Source: Deltaproteobacteria bacterium (GTDB taxonomy: Bacteria > Lernaellota > Lernaellaia > JACKCT01). Taken from it: a DNA stretch of 64,000 nucleotides. Below the pieces are notes generated by a model. The model was not told the origin of the DNA. It ran no database searches and worked only from the letters and a program-made list of their open reading frames with translations. Below, in pieces: positions 47,730 through 57,764 of this stretch. Both the position numbers and the translations under genes were made by a program. Position 1 is the stretch's first letter; the number at the start of each line of letters is the position of its first letter. Location: contig JACKCT010000001.1 in assembly GCA_020633895.1 (NCBI GenBank), forward strand, positions 462,130-526,129. The letters are read 5' to 3'.

Positions 47730-48338
47730 ATGATGGGACGCTACGCGAAGATCCTGGGGATCTTTGCCCTGATCTTGGCGATGCCCGTGGCGGTTGTCGC
47801 GGCGGTGGCCAACGGCTCCAAGGCCCCCGATTTCAAGCTGACCGATATTGACGGCAAGGCCCACGCCCTGTCGGACCTGGAAGGCAAGTACGTGGTCATC
47901 GAGTTCACCAACCCCGGCTGTCCGTACGTGCAAAAGCACACCAAGGCCGGAACGATCGCCAAACTCGCCGCGAAGTACCCGGACGTGGCGTTTTTGGGCG
48001 TGAACAGCACGAACGCCGACCACAAGGACTACCTGACCCCCGAGGAATACAAGAAGTGGGTGGCCGACAAGCACCTGGTGCATCCGCAGCTTTATGACAC
48101 GGACGGGGCCGTCGGCCAGGCCTACGGCGCCAAGACGACGCCCCATATGTTTGTCGTCAATCCGGCGGGCGAGGTGATCTACCAGGGCGCCATCGACAAC
48201 GACGCCGGGGTGGTCTTCGGCAAGGACGAGGACGAAATCGTCAACTACGTCGACGCCGCCCTGACCGCCGCCAAGGCCGGCAAGACCGTCGATCCGGCCC
48301 AGACCAAGCCCTACGGCTGCTCGGTCAAGTACAAGTAA
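47730..48338 (+). CDS. secreted thioredoxin-like/redoxin family protein
   Basis: Signal peptide; FTNPGCPYV single-Cys redoxin-like active-site region; AhpC/TSA-like fold length. Confidence 0.55.
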   Translation: MMGRYAKILGIFALILAMPVAVVAAVANGSKAPDFKLTDIDGKAHALSDLEGKYVVIEFTNPGCPYVQKHTKAGTIAKLAAKYPDVAFLGVNSTNADHKDYLTPEEYKKWVADKHLVHPQLYDTDGAVGQAYGAKTTPHMFVVNPAGEVIYQGAIDNDAGVVFGKDEDEIVNYVDAALTAAKAGKTVDPAQTKPYGCSVKYK

Positions 48339-48430
48339 ATCCTTTTCGAACGCCGAAACGTGAACGCCGACCCATTGTGGGTCGGCGTTCGTTGCTTGGT
48401 GGGGATTCGATTTTTCAACGCGTTTCTCGA

Positions 48431-48554
48431 AACAGAGCCCCAAGCGTCAGCGCGGGGTTGTCGAGCATGACGTCCTTGCGAGACGCACGAACAACGAGTT
48501 TTCAACAGGGTTGAAGGGCTACGACAACCCCTCCCTGACAGTCGGGGCTCTGAA
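48431..48554. repeat. REP-like repeat family A (long variant)
   Basis: AACAGAGCCCCAAGCGTCAGCGCGGGGTTG ...~60 nt... CAACCCCTCCCTGACAGTCGGGGCTCTGAA between convergent gene ends. Confidence 0.45.
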
Positions 48555-48573
48555 ATCTTTATACCGCCCGCGA

Positions 48574-49191
48574 TTACTCCAGCGTCTCGAACGCCAGCAC
48601 CCGCTCCAGCGGCAGCCGTGCCAGGCGCTCCTTTTCCTTGCCCGACGGGTAGCCCAGCGCGATGTAGAACGAGATCACCCAGCCGTCGCCCACGCCGAGG
48701 TATTCCGTCAGCTTCTTCTTGTCGAACCCGATCATCGGGCAAGTCGCCAGACCCATCCCGTGAGCGGCGAGCATGAGATTCTGCGCCGCGAACGAGCTGT
48801 TGCGCATGGCGTAGGCGACGCGCGCCTCGTCGGTGCCGTAGGCGTATTGCAGGCCGCTCAGCGACTTTTCCGCCCGGTCCGGCGTGTAGTAACCCTGCTC
48901 GACCCAGTTGGCGAAGATCTCCTCGGCGTAGCGCTCGGGACGCGTGTCGGCCAGTACGATGACCAGGGCGCTTGACTCGCTGGCCTGCTTCTGGTTGTAG
49001 GAAATCTCGCGGATCTTCTGCCGCCGCTCCTCGTCCAGAATCACCAGGAACTTCCACGGCTGCAGATTGAACGACGACGGCGCCAGGCACGCCAGCTCGA
49101 TAAGCCGTTCGATCGTCTCGCGGGAGATCGTCCGGTCCGGGATGAAATTGTGGCAGGATCGGCGCGTCTCGATCGCCTCGATCACGTCCAT
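48574..49191 (-). CDS. nitroreductase family protein
   Basis: IETRRSCHNF...LQPWKF motifs typical of the NADH oxidase/flavin nitroreductase fold. Confidence 0.85.
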   Translation of the reverse strand: MDVIEAIETRRSCHNFIPDRTISRETIERLIELACLAPSSFNLQPWKFLVILDEERRQKIREISYNQKQASESSALVIVLADTRPERYAEEIFANWVEQGYYTPDRAEKSLSGLQYAYGTDEARVAYAMRNSSFAAQNLMLAAHGMGLATCPMIGFDKKKLTEYLGVGDGWVISFYIALGYPSGKEKERLARLPLERVLAFETLE

Positions 49192-49347
49192 AAAAATCGC
49201 TCCTTAGGGCGTGCCGGGCACAAGGCGTCGCCCGGTCGAAGGCATTCCTTTGCGGGACCGGGCCCGGTCTGTCAAGCCGCCGCGCCGTCGCTCGCGCTCC
49301 AAACGAGCGGGACGTGACGAGAATCGCCGGATCGCGCAAGATAAGCC

Positions 49348-50499
49348 ATGCGCTTTTCCCAAGACGCCGACGTTGCCTTTGTCATCCCCACGCGCAACCG
49401 CCGCGACCGCCTGCTAGCGACCTTGGAACGCCTGGGGGAGACGCCGGGACCGGACGTCGAGGTGGTTGTCGCCGACAACGCCTCGGACGACGGCACCGTG
49501 GAAGCCGTGCGGGAGGCCCATCCCCACGTTCGGGTTTTGGCGCTGGATTCCAACCGCGAGTCGATGGCGCGAAACGTCGCGGCGCAGGCAACCGGCGCTC
49601 GGGTGATTGTGATGCTCGACGACGATTCCTACCCCGAGGAAGGCGCGACCGAGGCGCTGGCGCGGGCGTTGGAGGACCCGTCGTTGGGCATCGCGGCGGC
49701 GATGGTGCGTTTGCCCGATGGCATCCGGGAGGAAGGCGGCGCGCCCCATGTGCCCATCGGATGCGGCATGGCCCTGCGTCGCGCGGATTTCCTCGCCCTC
49801 GGCGGATTCGCGCCGTACTACGGCACCTATGTCGAGGAATACGATCTGGCGATCCGCATGCTCGACCGGGGCCTGCGCGTCGAATACCTCCACAACGCCG
49901 TCGTAACGCACGAGCAAGGCGAGCGCGCGAGCTTCGATTTTCTCGTCGGACGCTTGATGCGCAACAACGTCTATCTGGCCTATCGCTTTTTTCCGGACGC
50001 CGACGCCCAGCGCTTCGCCGATTGGGCCTGCAAGCGCTACGCGGTTTTGGCCGATCAAAAAGGGGCGAAGGAAGGCTATCTGAACGCGCTTTCGCAGGTG
50101 AAAAAGGCGGTCAAGGACGGACGCCGCGACCGCTTCGACCTGGCGGACGAGGCGACGCTCGACATGGTGTTTCCCTATCGCCTGGCCCGTCGCCGCATTG
50201 CCGAAGCTCTGCCGGACGACGCCCGCCCGGTCGTTTTCCTGCGCGCGGGAAAAGAGATCAACGACCTCATCGCGGCGGCCCGCTCCCTGGACCACGACGT
50301 CTTCGCCGTCTACGACGACGGCCTTCTCTCGCGCCTGCGGGAAATCGACGGCGTCCCCGTGCGTCCTATCGCCGATTTTGTTTCCTTCGACGAACACCTG
50401 GTCATCGGCGGGCTCTCGCCGGGATTCATCGAAAACACGAAGCGCCTCGCCGTCGGCACTGATTGGCCGACACCGGTGGCGTTGGACGGCTCCGAATGA
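49348..50499 (+). CDS. glycosyltransferase family 2
   Basis: VAFVIPTRNRRDRL...VVVADNASDDGT...MLDDDS GT-A fold DxD signatures. Confidence 0.8.
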   Translation: MRFSQDADVAFVIPTRNRRDRLLATLERLGETPGPDVEVVVADNASDDGTVEAVREAHPHVRVLALDSNRESMARNVAAQATGARVIVMLDDDSYPEEGATEALARALEDPSLGIAAAMVRLPDGIREEGGAPHVPIGCGMALRRADFLALGGFAPYYGTYVEEYDLAIRMLDRGLRVEYLHNAVVTHEQGERASFDFLVGRLMRNNVYLAYRFFPDADAQRFADWACKRYAVLADQKGAKEGYLNALSQVKKAVKDGRRDRFDLADEATLDMVFPYRLARRRIAEALPDDARPVVFLRAGKEINDLIAAARSLDHDVFAVYDDGLLSRLREIDGVPVRPIADFVSFDEHLVIGGLSPGFIENTKRLAVGTDWPTPVALDGSE

Positions 50500-51644
50500 C
50501 GCAAAAGACCGCCCTGATCGTGACCGACGTGACCGCTCCGGGCGGCGTGGACACGTACATCGTCGCGCTGCACGACGCGGCGTATCGCGACGGTTGGGAT
50601 GTGCATGTGCTGATGGACAAAGGCGAGGGATCCGACCGCCTTTTTCGGACGCTGCATCGCCGGGGAGCACGGATCACCCGCGCGGGTCTATACCACCGGA
50701 CGCACGACGAAACGGCGCGGGCGGCGGCGACGGACGCCGTGCTGCATGACATTGCCCCGACCGTCGTCCATGCCGTTTGTCCGGCGCCCTGGAACACGGT
50801 GGTGCCTCGCGAGCGTGCGTTGGAGGCCGGAGCGAGGCTGATCTTCACGGAGCAGTATGTCGCGGAGGGATTCACCTTTGAGCCTTCCTTGAAGGAACGC
50901 ATCGACGAGCTTTACCGCCGCGCCGATCGCGCCATCGCTGTGAGCAAAAACAACCAACGTCTCCTCGCCGATATGTACGGCTTCCCGTCCGACAAATTGG
51001 TGCTCATCCCCAACGCCGTGCCCACCGAGGGGCCGCCCGCCAAATCGGTCATGGAGAAAGCCCGCGTCCTGGCCGATCTGGGATTGCCCGAACGCCCGCA
51101 CCAAGCCGTGTGCGTCGCGCGCCTGGACGACCAGAAGGGCATCGATGTGCTGGTGCAGGCGGCGGCTCGGCTGCCGGTGGAACTGCGTCGCGGGTTGTGC
51201 ATATCCGTTTTCGGCGACGGACCGAATCGCGAGGCCCTTTTCCAGATGGGCATGCGCGCCGGTGTGGGCGATGTGATGTACTACTGGGGTTGGCGCGAGA
51301 ACGCCGCCGAGATGATCGACGCGTTCGACCTGTTCATCCTGCCCAGCCGCTCCGAAGGCCAGCCCTTCGCCTTGCTCGAAGCCCTGGCGCGAGGCATTCC
51401 CACCATCGCGACGCGCGTCTCCGGCATCCCGGAAGTGCTCATGGACGGCCAAGGCGGCGATCTGGTCCCCCCCGACGACCCGGCCGCCCTCGCCATCGCC
51501 ATCGAAGCCTATCTGCGCGATCCAAGCATCCTGACGCAAAAATCCCGCGTCGGCCGCGCCCATGTGCGGACGTATCACGACCTGACAACGAATATGGCGA
51601 CGACGATGAAGTTGTGGCGGGGTGGGGTAGTCGGCACGGACTGA
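50496..51644 (+). CDS. glycosyltransferase family 4 (GT-B)
   Basis: C-terminal EGQPFALLEALARGIPTIATRVSGIPE GT4 motif; ATGA overlap with upstream GT2. Confidence 0.8.
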   Translation: MTQKTALIVTDVTAPGGVDTYIVALHDAAYRDGWDVHVLMDKGEGSDRLFRTLHRRGARITRAGLYHRTHDETARAAATDAVLHDIAPTVVHAVCPAPWNTVVPRERALEAGARLIFTEQYVAEGFTFEPSLKERIDELYRRADRAIAVSKNNQRLLADMYGFPSDKLVLIPNAVPTEGPPAKSVMEKARVLADLGLPERPHQAVCVARLDDQKGIDVLVQAAARLPVELRRGLCISVFGDGPNREALFQMGMRAGVGDVMYYWGWRENAAEMIDAFDLFILPSRSEGQPFALLEALARGIPTIATRVSGIPEVLMDGQGGDLVPPDDPAALAIAIEAYLRDPSILTQKSRVGRAHVRTYHDLTTNMATTMKLWRGGVVGTD

Positions 51645-51805
51645 CGGATCGCAAGCGATCCTGCATGCCGGCGTGTGAGTCGGACGGGGCACGGGAAAGC
51701 GATGCGTTGAATTGACTTGTACCGTTACGAGCAAGGCTCGGCAGGGCTTAGCGCGATTCTGAATTCGGCTGGAGCGAAGCGACGAACGGCACGGGTCTTT
51801 CAACG

Positions 51806-51844
51806 ACGCGTCAGCGTGCAGGATACCTTGGTATCCGTTAGTCC
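51806..51844. repeat. stem-loop repeat, family B (reverse orientation copy)
   Basis: ACGCGTCAGCGTGCAGGATACCTTGGTATCCGTTAGTCC, reverse complement of the 25874..25913 unit; between convergent GT4 and rSAM genes. Confidence 0.45.
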
Positions 51845-51859
51845 GTCGGGACTACCCGA

Positions 51860-52870
51860 CTAGCAGCCCGCCGTGTTTTCACAGCGTTTGCAGAGGAAAT
51901 CGTCGGGCGACTCGACTTGGCCCGTGACCATGCCGACGAGATTGCTGTAGGGGTCGGATTGGAAATATTCGACGAGGCTCATGTCGGCCAGGGACGGCAG
52001 TGCCGTTTCGCCATGGTAATCCATGCAGCACATGCGGATGCGGCCGTCGTAGAGGATGTGGATCCACTGGTCGACGCGCCAGCAGTGGAAGGGGTTGGCC
52101 GGGCCGATTTCCCGCACGCGCCCGATTTTGTTGAGATGGGCGTTGCGCTCGGTGCGTCGGATGGTCCCGGCCCGGTCGTGAAAAAGGAACGCGTCCACGT
52201 CAACGGTCGCCGGGTCGATGCCTTCGCGCTCGAGAACCCGCTCCCAATAGGCGCGATAGTCGGCCTTGCCGAAGTAGGTGATGTTGCCTTTCAGTGACGT
52301 TCCCGCGCCCCGTAGTTTCAAATTCAACCGCCCGCCTGATCGCTTGAACAACCGCACCAGATTCGCCGTCGCCCGCTCGTAGTCGAGCTTCATGATGAAT
52401 TCCATCGACGTTGAGTCGATGCCGTGGTGAGAGAGCCAGATCTCGTGGCGACGGCCGTCGAACGCGGCCAGGAGTTTGTCGATCACCTTGTCGGTCAGGG
52501 CCGCGCCGTTGGTGGAAATCTCGACGAGGGTGCCGGGGAAGGCGTCGTAGATGCGTTCGATGCGCTCGAAGATTTTCGGGTCGATCAACGGCTCCTGCAT
52601 CAAATAGGGGCAGACCTTGCCGTCGTTGATCGTCGCGCCGAAGGGCGCCAGGTCGTCGAGGATCTTCTCGAACAGCGCGTCGCTCATCCGCCCGGGATTC
52701 TGCGCGTGCCAGCTTTCCGAATACGGGCAAAACACGCAGTCCGCGTTGCAGCGGGAGTGCGTTTGGATCTGGACGTAACGGATCTTCGGCACACCCGGCG
52801 GCAAAGGGGCGAGCACATCATCGTGGATTTTTTCGGGAATCGCGGCCATGAAACCTCGCCTTATCGTCAA
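51860..52870 (-). CDS. radical SAM / SPASM-domain protein (paralog of the N-terminal domain of the 6422..14053 megaprotein)
   Basis: IQTHSRCNADCVFCPY (Cx3Cx2C), RMCCMDYHGE...LCKRCE line up with IQTTSRCNSGCVMCPW, LPCCMDWRRK...LCVGCE of the megaprotein. Confidence 0.8.
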   Translation of the reverse strand: MTIRRGFMAAIPEKIHDDVLAPLPPGVPKIRYVQIQTHSRCNADCVFCPYSESWHAQNPGRMSDALFEKILDDLAPFGATINDGKVCPYLMQEPLIDPKIFERIERIYDAFPGTLVEISTNGAALTDKVIDKLLAAFDGRRHEIWLSHHGIDSTSMEFIMKLDYERATANLVRLFKRSGGRLNLKLRGAGTSLKGNITYFGKADYRAYWERVLEREGIDPATVDVDAFLFHDRAGTIRRTERNAHLNKIGRVREIGPANPFHCWRVDQWIHILYDGRIRMCCMDYHGETALPSLADMSLVEYFQSDPYSNLVGMVTGQVESPDDFLCKRCENTAGC

Positions 52871-52915
52871 CGTGTCATCGTCATCGGCGGCGAAGTTCTT
52901 GACGATCCGCGAACG

Positions 52916-54553
52916 TCAGACGGCGTCGGCGACGGGCAGGGAGTCGGCCTCGCGAGGGGCGAGGATGGGGCGGTTGTTGAGCAAGCCGTCGACGATGAGA
53001 TCCAGCTCCGGGATGCGCCCTTCGGCCAATTCATCCAGCGACGAGATGCACAGCCGTGAGATTTCGAAGGGGCGGCTGGTCTCGAAGAACCGCAGTTGGA
53101 GGTGCGTTCGGTTGAGGAAGAAATAGAGATAGCGTCGCGCGATTTCGATTTCGTGTTTCGTCGGCGCCGAGAGGTCGGCGGGGGACTCGACCCAGCGCAG
53201 ATATTCGTCCACGGACGCGGGATGCCGTCCAAAGCCGCGATTCGCGAAGTGAGCGTCCCCGGCGATGATCGCCGGCACGCCGTGCAGAAGCGCTTCCAGG
53301 CCGATCTTCGAGGTGTAGGCGACCACGGCGTCGGACATTCGCAATAGTTCGTAGGAGCTGACGCGGTCGTCGTTGCGGACGATGCGCACGTTCGCGGGCA
53401 GCGGGTCGAATTTCGAGGCCAGGTGCCCGGCGACGCTCTCCCGCGAACGGTTGCCTTCCATGACCATGTCCTCGGCCGGGTGGGGGCGAATGACGACTTG
53501 CACATCGGTGCCGGCCAGGTGCGCGACCGTTTGCTCGACCCACTCCATCATCGAAAAGAACACCGTTCGCCGGTCCACGGCGGCGCCGTCCCAAGACACA
53601 TTGCTGAATAGCGTGACGACCGGTCGCGCCGGGTGCAGGTGGAGCATTTCGCGAATCGCGGCCGGATCGTCGACCGGATTCGGGTTGTAAAACGAGTCGC
53701 GATACTGCTCGCGAATCCACGCATCCAGGCGCGCGTTTTCCGCGTCCGACAGCGGCTCGTCGCGCCAAGCGTTCCACCCATCCGCGAAACGCAGCCGCGA
53801 AACGCGGTAGCGATTGTCGAAGCTCCAATACCCGCCGCTGCCGCAATAGCCGGGCAGAAAGCCCGATTCGTAACTGGCCACGCGCACGCCTCGGCGTTCG
53901 GCGACGGCGTAGAGCAGGTTGTACCAGAAGAAGTCGCCGTTCGGCGCGACGATCAGATCGTACGACGTCTCGTTGAGCAACGCTTCGTACGCGTCGATCA
54001 ACGTGATTGCCGAGGCCAGATACTTGCGCCAGGTTTCGGTGGCGAAGTCGTCGTCGGCGATGGCGTCGCGGCACAAGTGGCGCGAGACGGAGACCTCGCA
54101 CAATCTTCCGACGGGCAGGCCTCGGTGAGAAAAGTCGAAACACTCGCGGGTCGAAAGATGGCGCAAACTTTCGTGCGTCGCCTGCACCTGGCCGGGTCGG
54201 CGAAAGTCCTTGATCGAACGCACGGGAAAATCCAACGCTCCGGCAAGGCGCTGCGTTGTCGAGGCGCAGCCTTCGCAGATGAATTCGGGTTCAGGCCGGT
54301 CGATCGAACGATTGTTGCAGATCGGCAGATTGCGACAGGAAAGGAACTCGACCTCGCTTCCGTCCAGCCGCAGTCGGTGGGCAAGCATCAATTCGAACGT
54401 CAGCAGAAACGAGCCGCCGCGTAGGTTCGCGAACAGAACGCGAGGTCCGTGGCCGTGCCGAGGACGCAGTGCCGCCTTTTCGCGACACGCCCGCAACGCA
54501 TCGGCGAGCGCTCCAACAGGATCGTCGCTTAAAGCGAACCCGCCGTCCGCCAT
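52916..54553 (-). CDS. capsule polysaccharide biosynthesis-like protein (KpsS/LpsZ-type; putative glycosyl- or phospho-transferase)
   Basis: ~545 aa, Cys-rich N-terminal region, central GT-B-like region (RPHPAED..., VPAIIAGDAHF); family assignment tentative; start chosen at MADGG. Confidence 0.45.
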   Translation of the reverse strand: MADGGFALSDDPVGALADALRACREKAALRPRHGHGPRVLFANLRGGSFLLTFELMLAHRLRLDGSEVEFLSCRNLPICNNRSIDRPEPEFICEGCASTTQRLAGALDFPVRSIKDFRRPGQVQATHESLRHLSTRECFDFSHRGLPVGRLCEVSVSRHLCRDAIADDDFATETWRKYLASAITLIDAYEALLNETSYDLIVAPNGDFFWYNLLYAVAERRGVRVASYESGFLPGYCGSGGYWSFDNRYRVSRLRFADGWNAWRDEPLSDAENARLDAWIREQYRDSFYNPNPVDDPAAIREMLHLHPARPVVTLFSNVSWDGAAVDRRTVFFSMMEWVEQTVAHLAGTDVQVVIRPHPAEDMVMEGNRSRESVAGHLASKFDPLPANVRIVRNDDRVSSYELLRMSDAVVAYTSKIGLEALLHGVPAIIAGDAHFANRGFGRHPASVDEYLRWVESPADLSAPTKHEIEIARRYLYFFLNRTHLQLRFFETSRPFEISRLCISSLDELAEGRIPELDLIVDGLLNNRPILAPREADSLPVADAV

Positions 54554-57500
54554 GATCCCTGACCCTTTCGTAGCGCCCGTTTCGCGGGGCCGTAGTTGAT
54601 TTCGAATCCGCCGCCGGCCACGTCGATGCGGATCGGCCGCTCCATCGTATAAATATCCGCGAACCATTCCGGCCCCAGCGTCGCGACCTTTTCGTCCGCC
54701 TCCACATCCACCATGTCATGCACGTCCTGCGCGGTCCAAAGACCGTCCAGCTCCCGCACCCAGACCACCGACTCGTACGAATCCACCAGCGCCATGCGAC
54801 CGTTCGGATGCACCGCGATGTCTTCAATGAAGTCGATGCGGCGGTCGGGCAGAGGGATCGTCTCCCACTTGCGGAAACCGCGCCCGAAGCGCACCGTTTG
54901 CGGTGGTTCGGCGTCGACGACGTACAATCCCTCCCGCGTCACGGCCAGCGGGGTCGAGGCGTCAAAGACGATGCCCAGGTCGACCCATTTGCTGTTTTCC
55001 CGGTCCCACACACGTACGCGTTGTGACTCGGAATGCAGCACATAGACGCGGAAGTGCATCCAGTTGTGGACCGAGCGGATGAAATCGCCGGCCATGTCCT
55101 CGAACGCGCACGGGTCGTCCTCGAACGCCGCTCGGGCCGTCGCCACCTCGGCCATGCGATTTTCGTAGTCCTTGAGCATGCGGAAGCTTTTCTGCGTCAC
55201 GGTCCCGCGCGGCGACGATTTCATCCAGTCTGACAGGCGCTCCCACGACCGCTGGGCCGCCTCCGCGTCCCAACAACGCAGAGCGCATTCGAGAGCCAGA
55301 CGCAAGGGATAGCCGGTCAGATCCCGTTCGTTGATCGCCCGATCGACAACCTGAAACGCCCGCTGGGGCCAGCCTTTTTGCAGCAGACGGATGACGTCCA
55401 CGTACAGGTCGGTCTCCGGCAGCTTGTGCTGCTTCATGGCCTCGGCGGTCAGGACACGATGGCGCTCCATGTTCGGGCGGTGGTGGCGCGTATAAATGGC
55501 CATGCGTCGGTCGCGGCGGAAGGCGCTCAAGTCGGTGCGACGACGCACGCCGTCGCGACGATGACGATAGGCGAATTGGGCGCCGTCTTCTCCGGCGAGC
55601 CAGGACTGCATCAGGCTTAGGCCGTTGGAGACGCGAGTGTCATCCGGCGATTTCCACGCGGCGTCCACGGCAACGGACACGCGTGCGATCGCCTCCGCGG
55701 ACAGGGCACGGGGCCAGGTCGAAGCGCCGAAGCGGTCGTGATAGGCGTCGAGCCGCGCGATCTTCACGGCCAGGACACCCGCCTGGATCGGTGTCGTCGT
55801 TACGACGCGCGCCATCATCGCTTGCAGCAGCGCGAGGTCGCGACGGCGCGGATCGTCGTATTCCGCGTCCACGCTGGCGGCCACGGAAATGACGAGTTCG
55901 CGCAAGTGGTCGTCATCGACGGTGCATAGATATTCGTCGAGCAACAGCGCGGCGAAATATGTCAAAGCGCGCGTCAGGCCGACATCGTACGTCGCCCATT
56001 CGCGGATGATTTCCTGTTGGCGCGCGACGACCTCTCCGCGTAGTTCTTCGTCGGCGGCGTAGCGATCGAATAGGGCGGCGAGCTGTTTTTCGTCGTCGAA
56101 CAGGCATTCGTCCATTTCGAGCAGGCCGATCGACGGCGCTCGGCGAGCCAAAAAGAATCCGCCCGCCATCAAGCCGTCCACCAGGCGCGGGTGCTCGAGC
56201 TGGTATTGGTTGACGTGCAGGTTGATCGGCGTCTCGGCGAACAGACGCGCCAGTTCGGGGCCGTTGTCGATCACTCCGCGTGCGAACTTCGACAACTTCG
56301 GATGGGCGTCCCAGCGACGGCCGTAGAGCCCGATCTTGTCGGTTTTTGCGGCCAGCGTTTCAATCGCCCGATGGCGTGACGAGGCGCCGACGATGTTGTC
56401 GAAAACCTCGACGACCAGATTGTCGTTCACATGGGCGCCGAGCTTTCTCGCTTCGAACGCGCTCTTGATTTCGCGATAAATCGTGTCGAACGACGGCAGA
56501 TCTTCGCCGCATTCCAGGCGCGCCAGCAGTTCGTCGACAAAATCCTGGAGCGCGTCGGCGATTTCCGGCTTGCCTTCCCGGTAGCGCTGCACCATCGTCA
56601 CAGCGCCTTCACGGGCGTCTTTGCTGATATTGCTGACGAACGCGACGTCGTGCTCGCCGTTCCCGGCGTCGTCCGATTCGGCGTAGATCTCCGGATTGGT
56701 CAGCGGCGGTAATTCGAACAGCCGCTCCGGCGCCATTCCCACCGTTTCCAGCGATCGCGTAAACCCGACGCACAAATCCCGTCGGCCCAACAGGCGGATC
56801 GACGGGCGCGTGTGGATCGACGGCATGTGGTCCTGGGCCCAGCAGACGAACGGCAGATTCTTCGGATAAATCTTCGCGTACTCGCCGCGCAGATGATCGA
56901 CGAAAATCAACCAATCCGGACGAAACTCGTCCAACTCCGCCAGGAGCCACGCGCCGTTGAGGCGATCAACCGGCGTCGCTTCCTCGATCACGCGCACCGT
57001 TCCGCCCATCGCCTCCAACGCCATGCGAATATCCCGCACGGAGTATTGGATGAAATACGAATGGCGGTTGGAGATGATCATCGTCTTCAGTCCGCCCGGC
57101 GTCAGGAAGCGGGACATCATCGTGCGCGCGTCCAGGGCGTCGTAGTAGGCATCGATTTCGACCTTGCGGCGGCCGGTGATATTCGTCACCTGCGTTTTCG
57201 CGCGACGCATCGATTCCAGCAGCGCCCCGGCATCGAACGCGCCCAGCGGCAGAACTCGATCCGGAAACGGCTTGGCCAGATCGCCGGTGAAGAAGGCCTC
57301 CAGGTCGTTGCCGGCCTCGGGTCCGATAAAGAAGTACAAACGCCCGGACGCAATCGCGTCGGCAAAATCGTGGGCCGCCATGTTCAAGCGGAAGACGTCC
57401 ATCGTCGGCTCGACGATATACACCGGCGTTTTCGGCCCGCCGTCGACCGGCGGCTGGGCTTCGAGGCAAGCGAGGATCTCGTAACCGGCGCGCATGCCGA

Positions 57501-57753
57501 GCAGGAGAGGCGGGCTCTGCTTTCCGGCGGCGGCGACGTGGTTGGCGGCAAACGTCGCGGCAACCTGGGCGGCGTTGTCGATGGGCGAGAGCGCCGTCAG
57601 GCCCAGGGGATCCTTGCGCACGATGACCCATTCACCGGCGTTATTTTGCGTGGCCTGGTATCGCGAGTCGGGTTCGGCCGCCAGCAGTCGTTCAACGACA
57701 TGCGGCTGGTGGGCGTGCAGCGCGGTGAGGTTGGATTCGAGAAAGTTGCTCAT
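54529..57753 (-). CDS. large (1075 aa) multidomain protein with N-terminal DUF115 (Maf/MptE-like) domain
   Basis: N-terminus MSNFLESNLTALHAHQPHVVERL matches the conserved start of DUF115/motility-accessory-factor-type proteins; GGAG RBS 9 nt upstream; long C-terminal extension of unknown function. Confidence 0.55.
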   Translation of the reverse strand: MSNFLESNLTALHAHQPHVVERLLAAEPDSRYQATQNNAGEWVIVRKDPLGLTALSPIDNAAQVAATFAANHVAAAGKQSPPLLLGMRAGYEILACLEAQPPVDGGPKTPVYIVEPTMDVFRLNMAAHDFADAIASGRLYFFIGPEAGNDLEAFFTGDLAKPFPDRVLPLGAFDAGALLESMRRAKTQVTNITGRRKVEIDAYYDALDARTMMSRFLTPGGLKTMIISNRHSYFIQYSVRDIRMALEAMGGTVRVIEEATPVDRLNGAWLLAELDEFRPDWLIFVDHLRGEYAKIYPKNLPFVCWAQDHMPSIHTRPSIRLLGRRDLCVGFTRSLETVGMAPERLFELPPLTNPEIYAESDDAGNGEHDVAFVSNISKDAREGAVTMVQRYREGKPEIADALQDFVDELLARLECGEDLPSFDTIYREIKSAFEARKLGAHVNDNLVVEVFDNIVGASSRHRAIETLAAKTDKIGLYGRRWDAHPKLSKFARGVIDNGPELARLFAETPINLHVNQYQLEHPRLVDGLMAGGFFLARRAPSIGLLEMDECLFDDEKQLAALFDRYAADEELRGEVVARQQEIIREWATYDVGLTRALTYFAALLLDEYLCTVDDDHLRELVISVAASVDAEYDDPRRRDLALLQAMMARVVTTTPIQAGVLAVKIARLDAYHDRFGASTWPRALSAEAIARVSVAVDAAWKSPDDTRVSNGLSLMQSWLAGEDGAQFAYRHRRDGVRRRTDLSAFRRDRRMAIYTRHHRPNMERHRVLTAEAMKQHKLPETDLYVDVIRLLQKGWPQRAFQVVDRAINERDLTGYPLRLALECALRCWDAEAAQRSWERLSDWMKSSPRGTVTQKSFRMLKDYENRMAEVATARAAFEDDPCAFEDMAGDFIRSVHNWMHFRVYVLHSESQRVRVWDRENSKWVDLGIVFDASTPLAVTREGLYVVDAEPPQTVRFGRGFRKWETIPLPDRRIDFIEDIAVHPNGRMALVDSYESVVWVRELDGLWTAQDVHDMVDVEADEKVATLGPEWFADIYTMERPIRIDVAGGGFEINYGPAKRALRKGQGSWRTAGSL

Positions 57754-57764
57754 TTTCAACTCCG

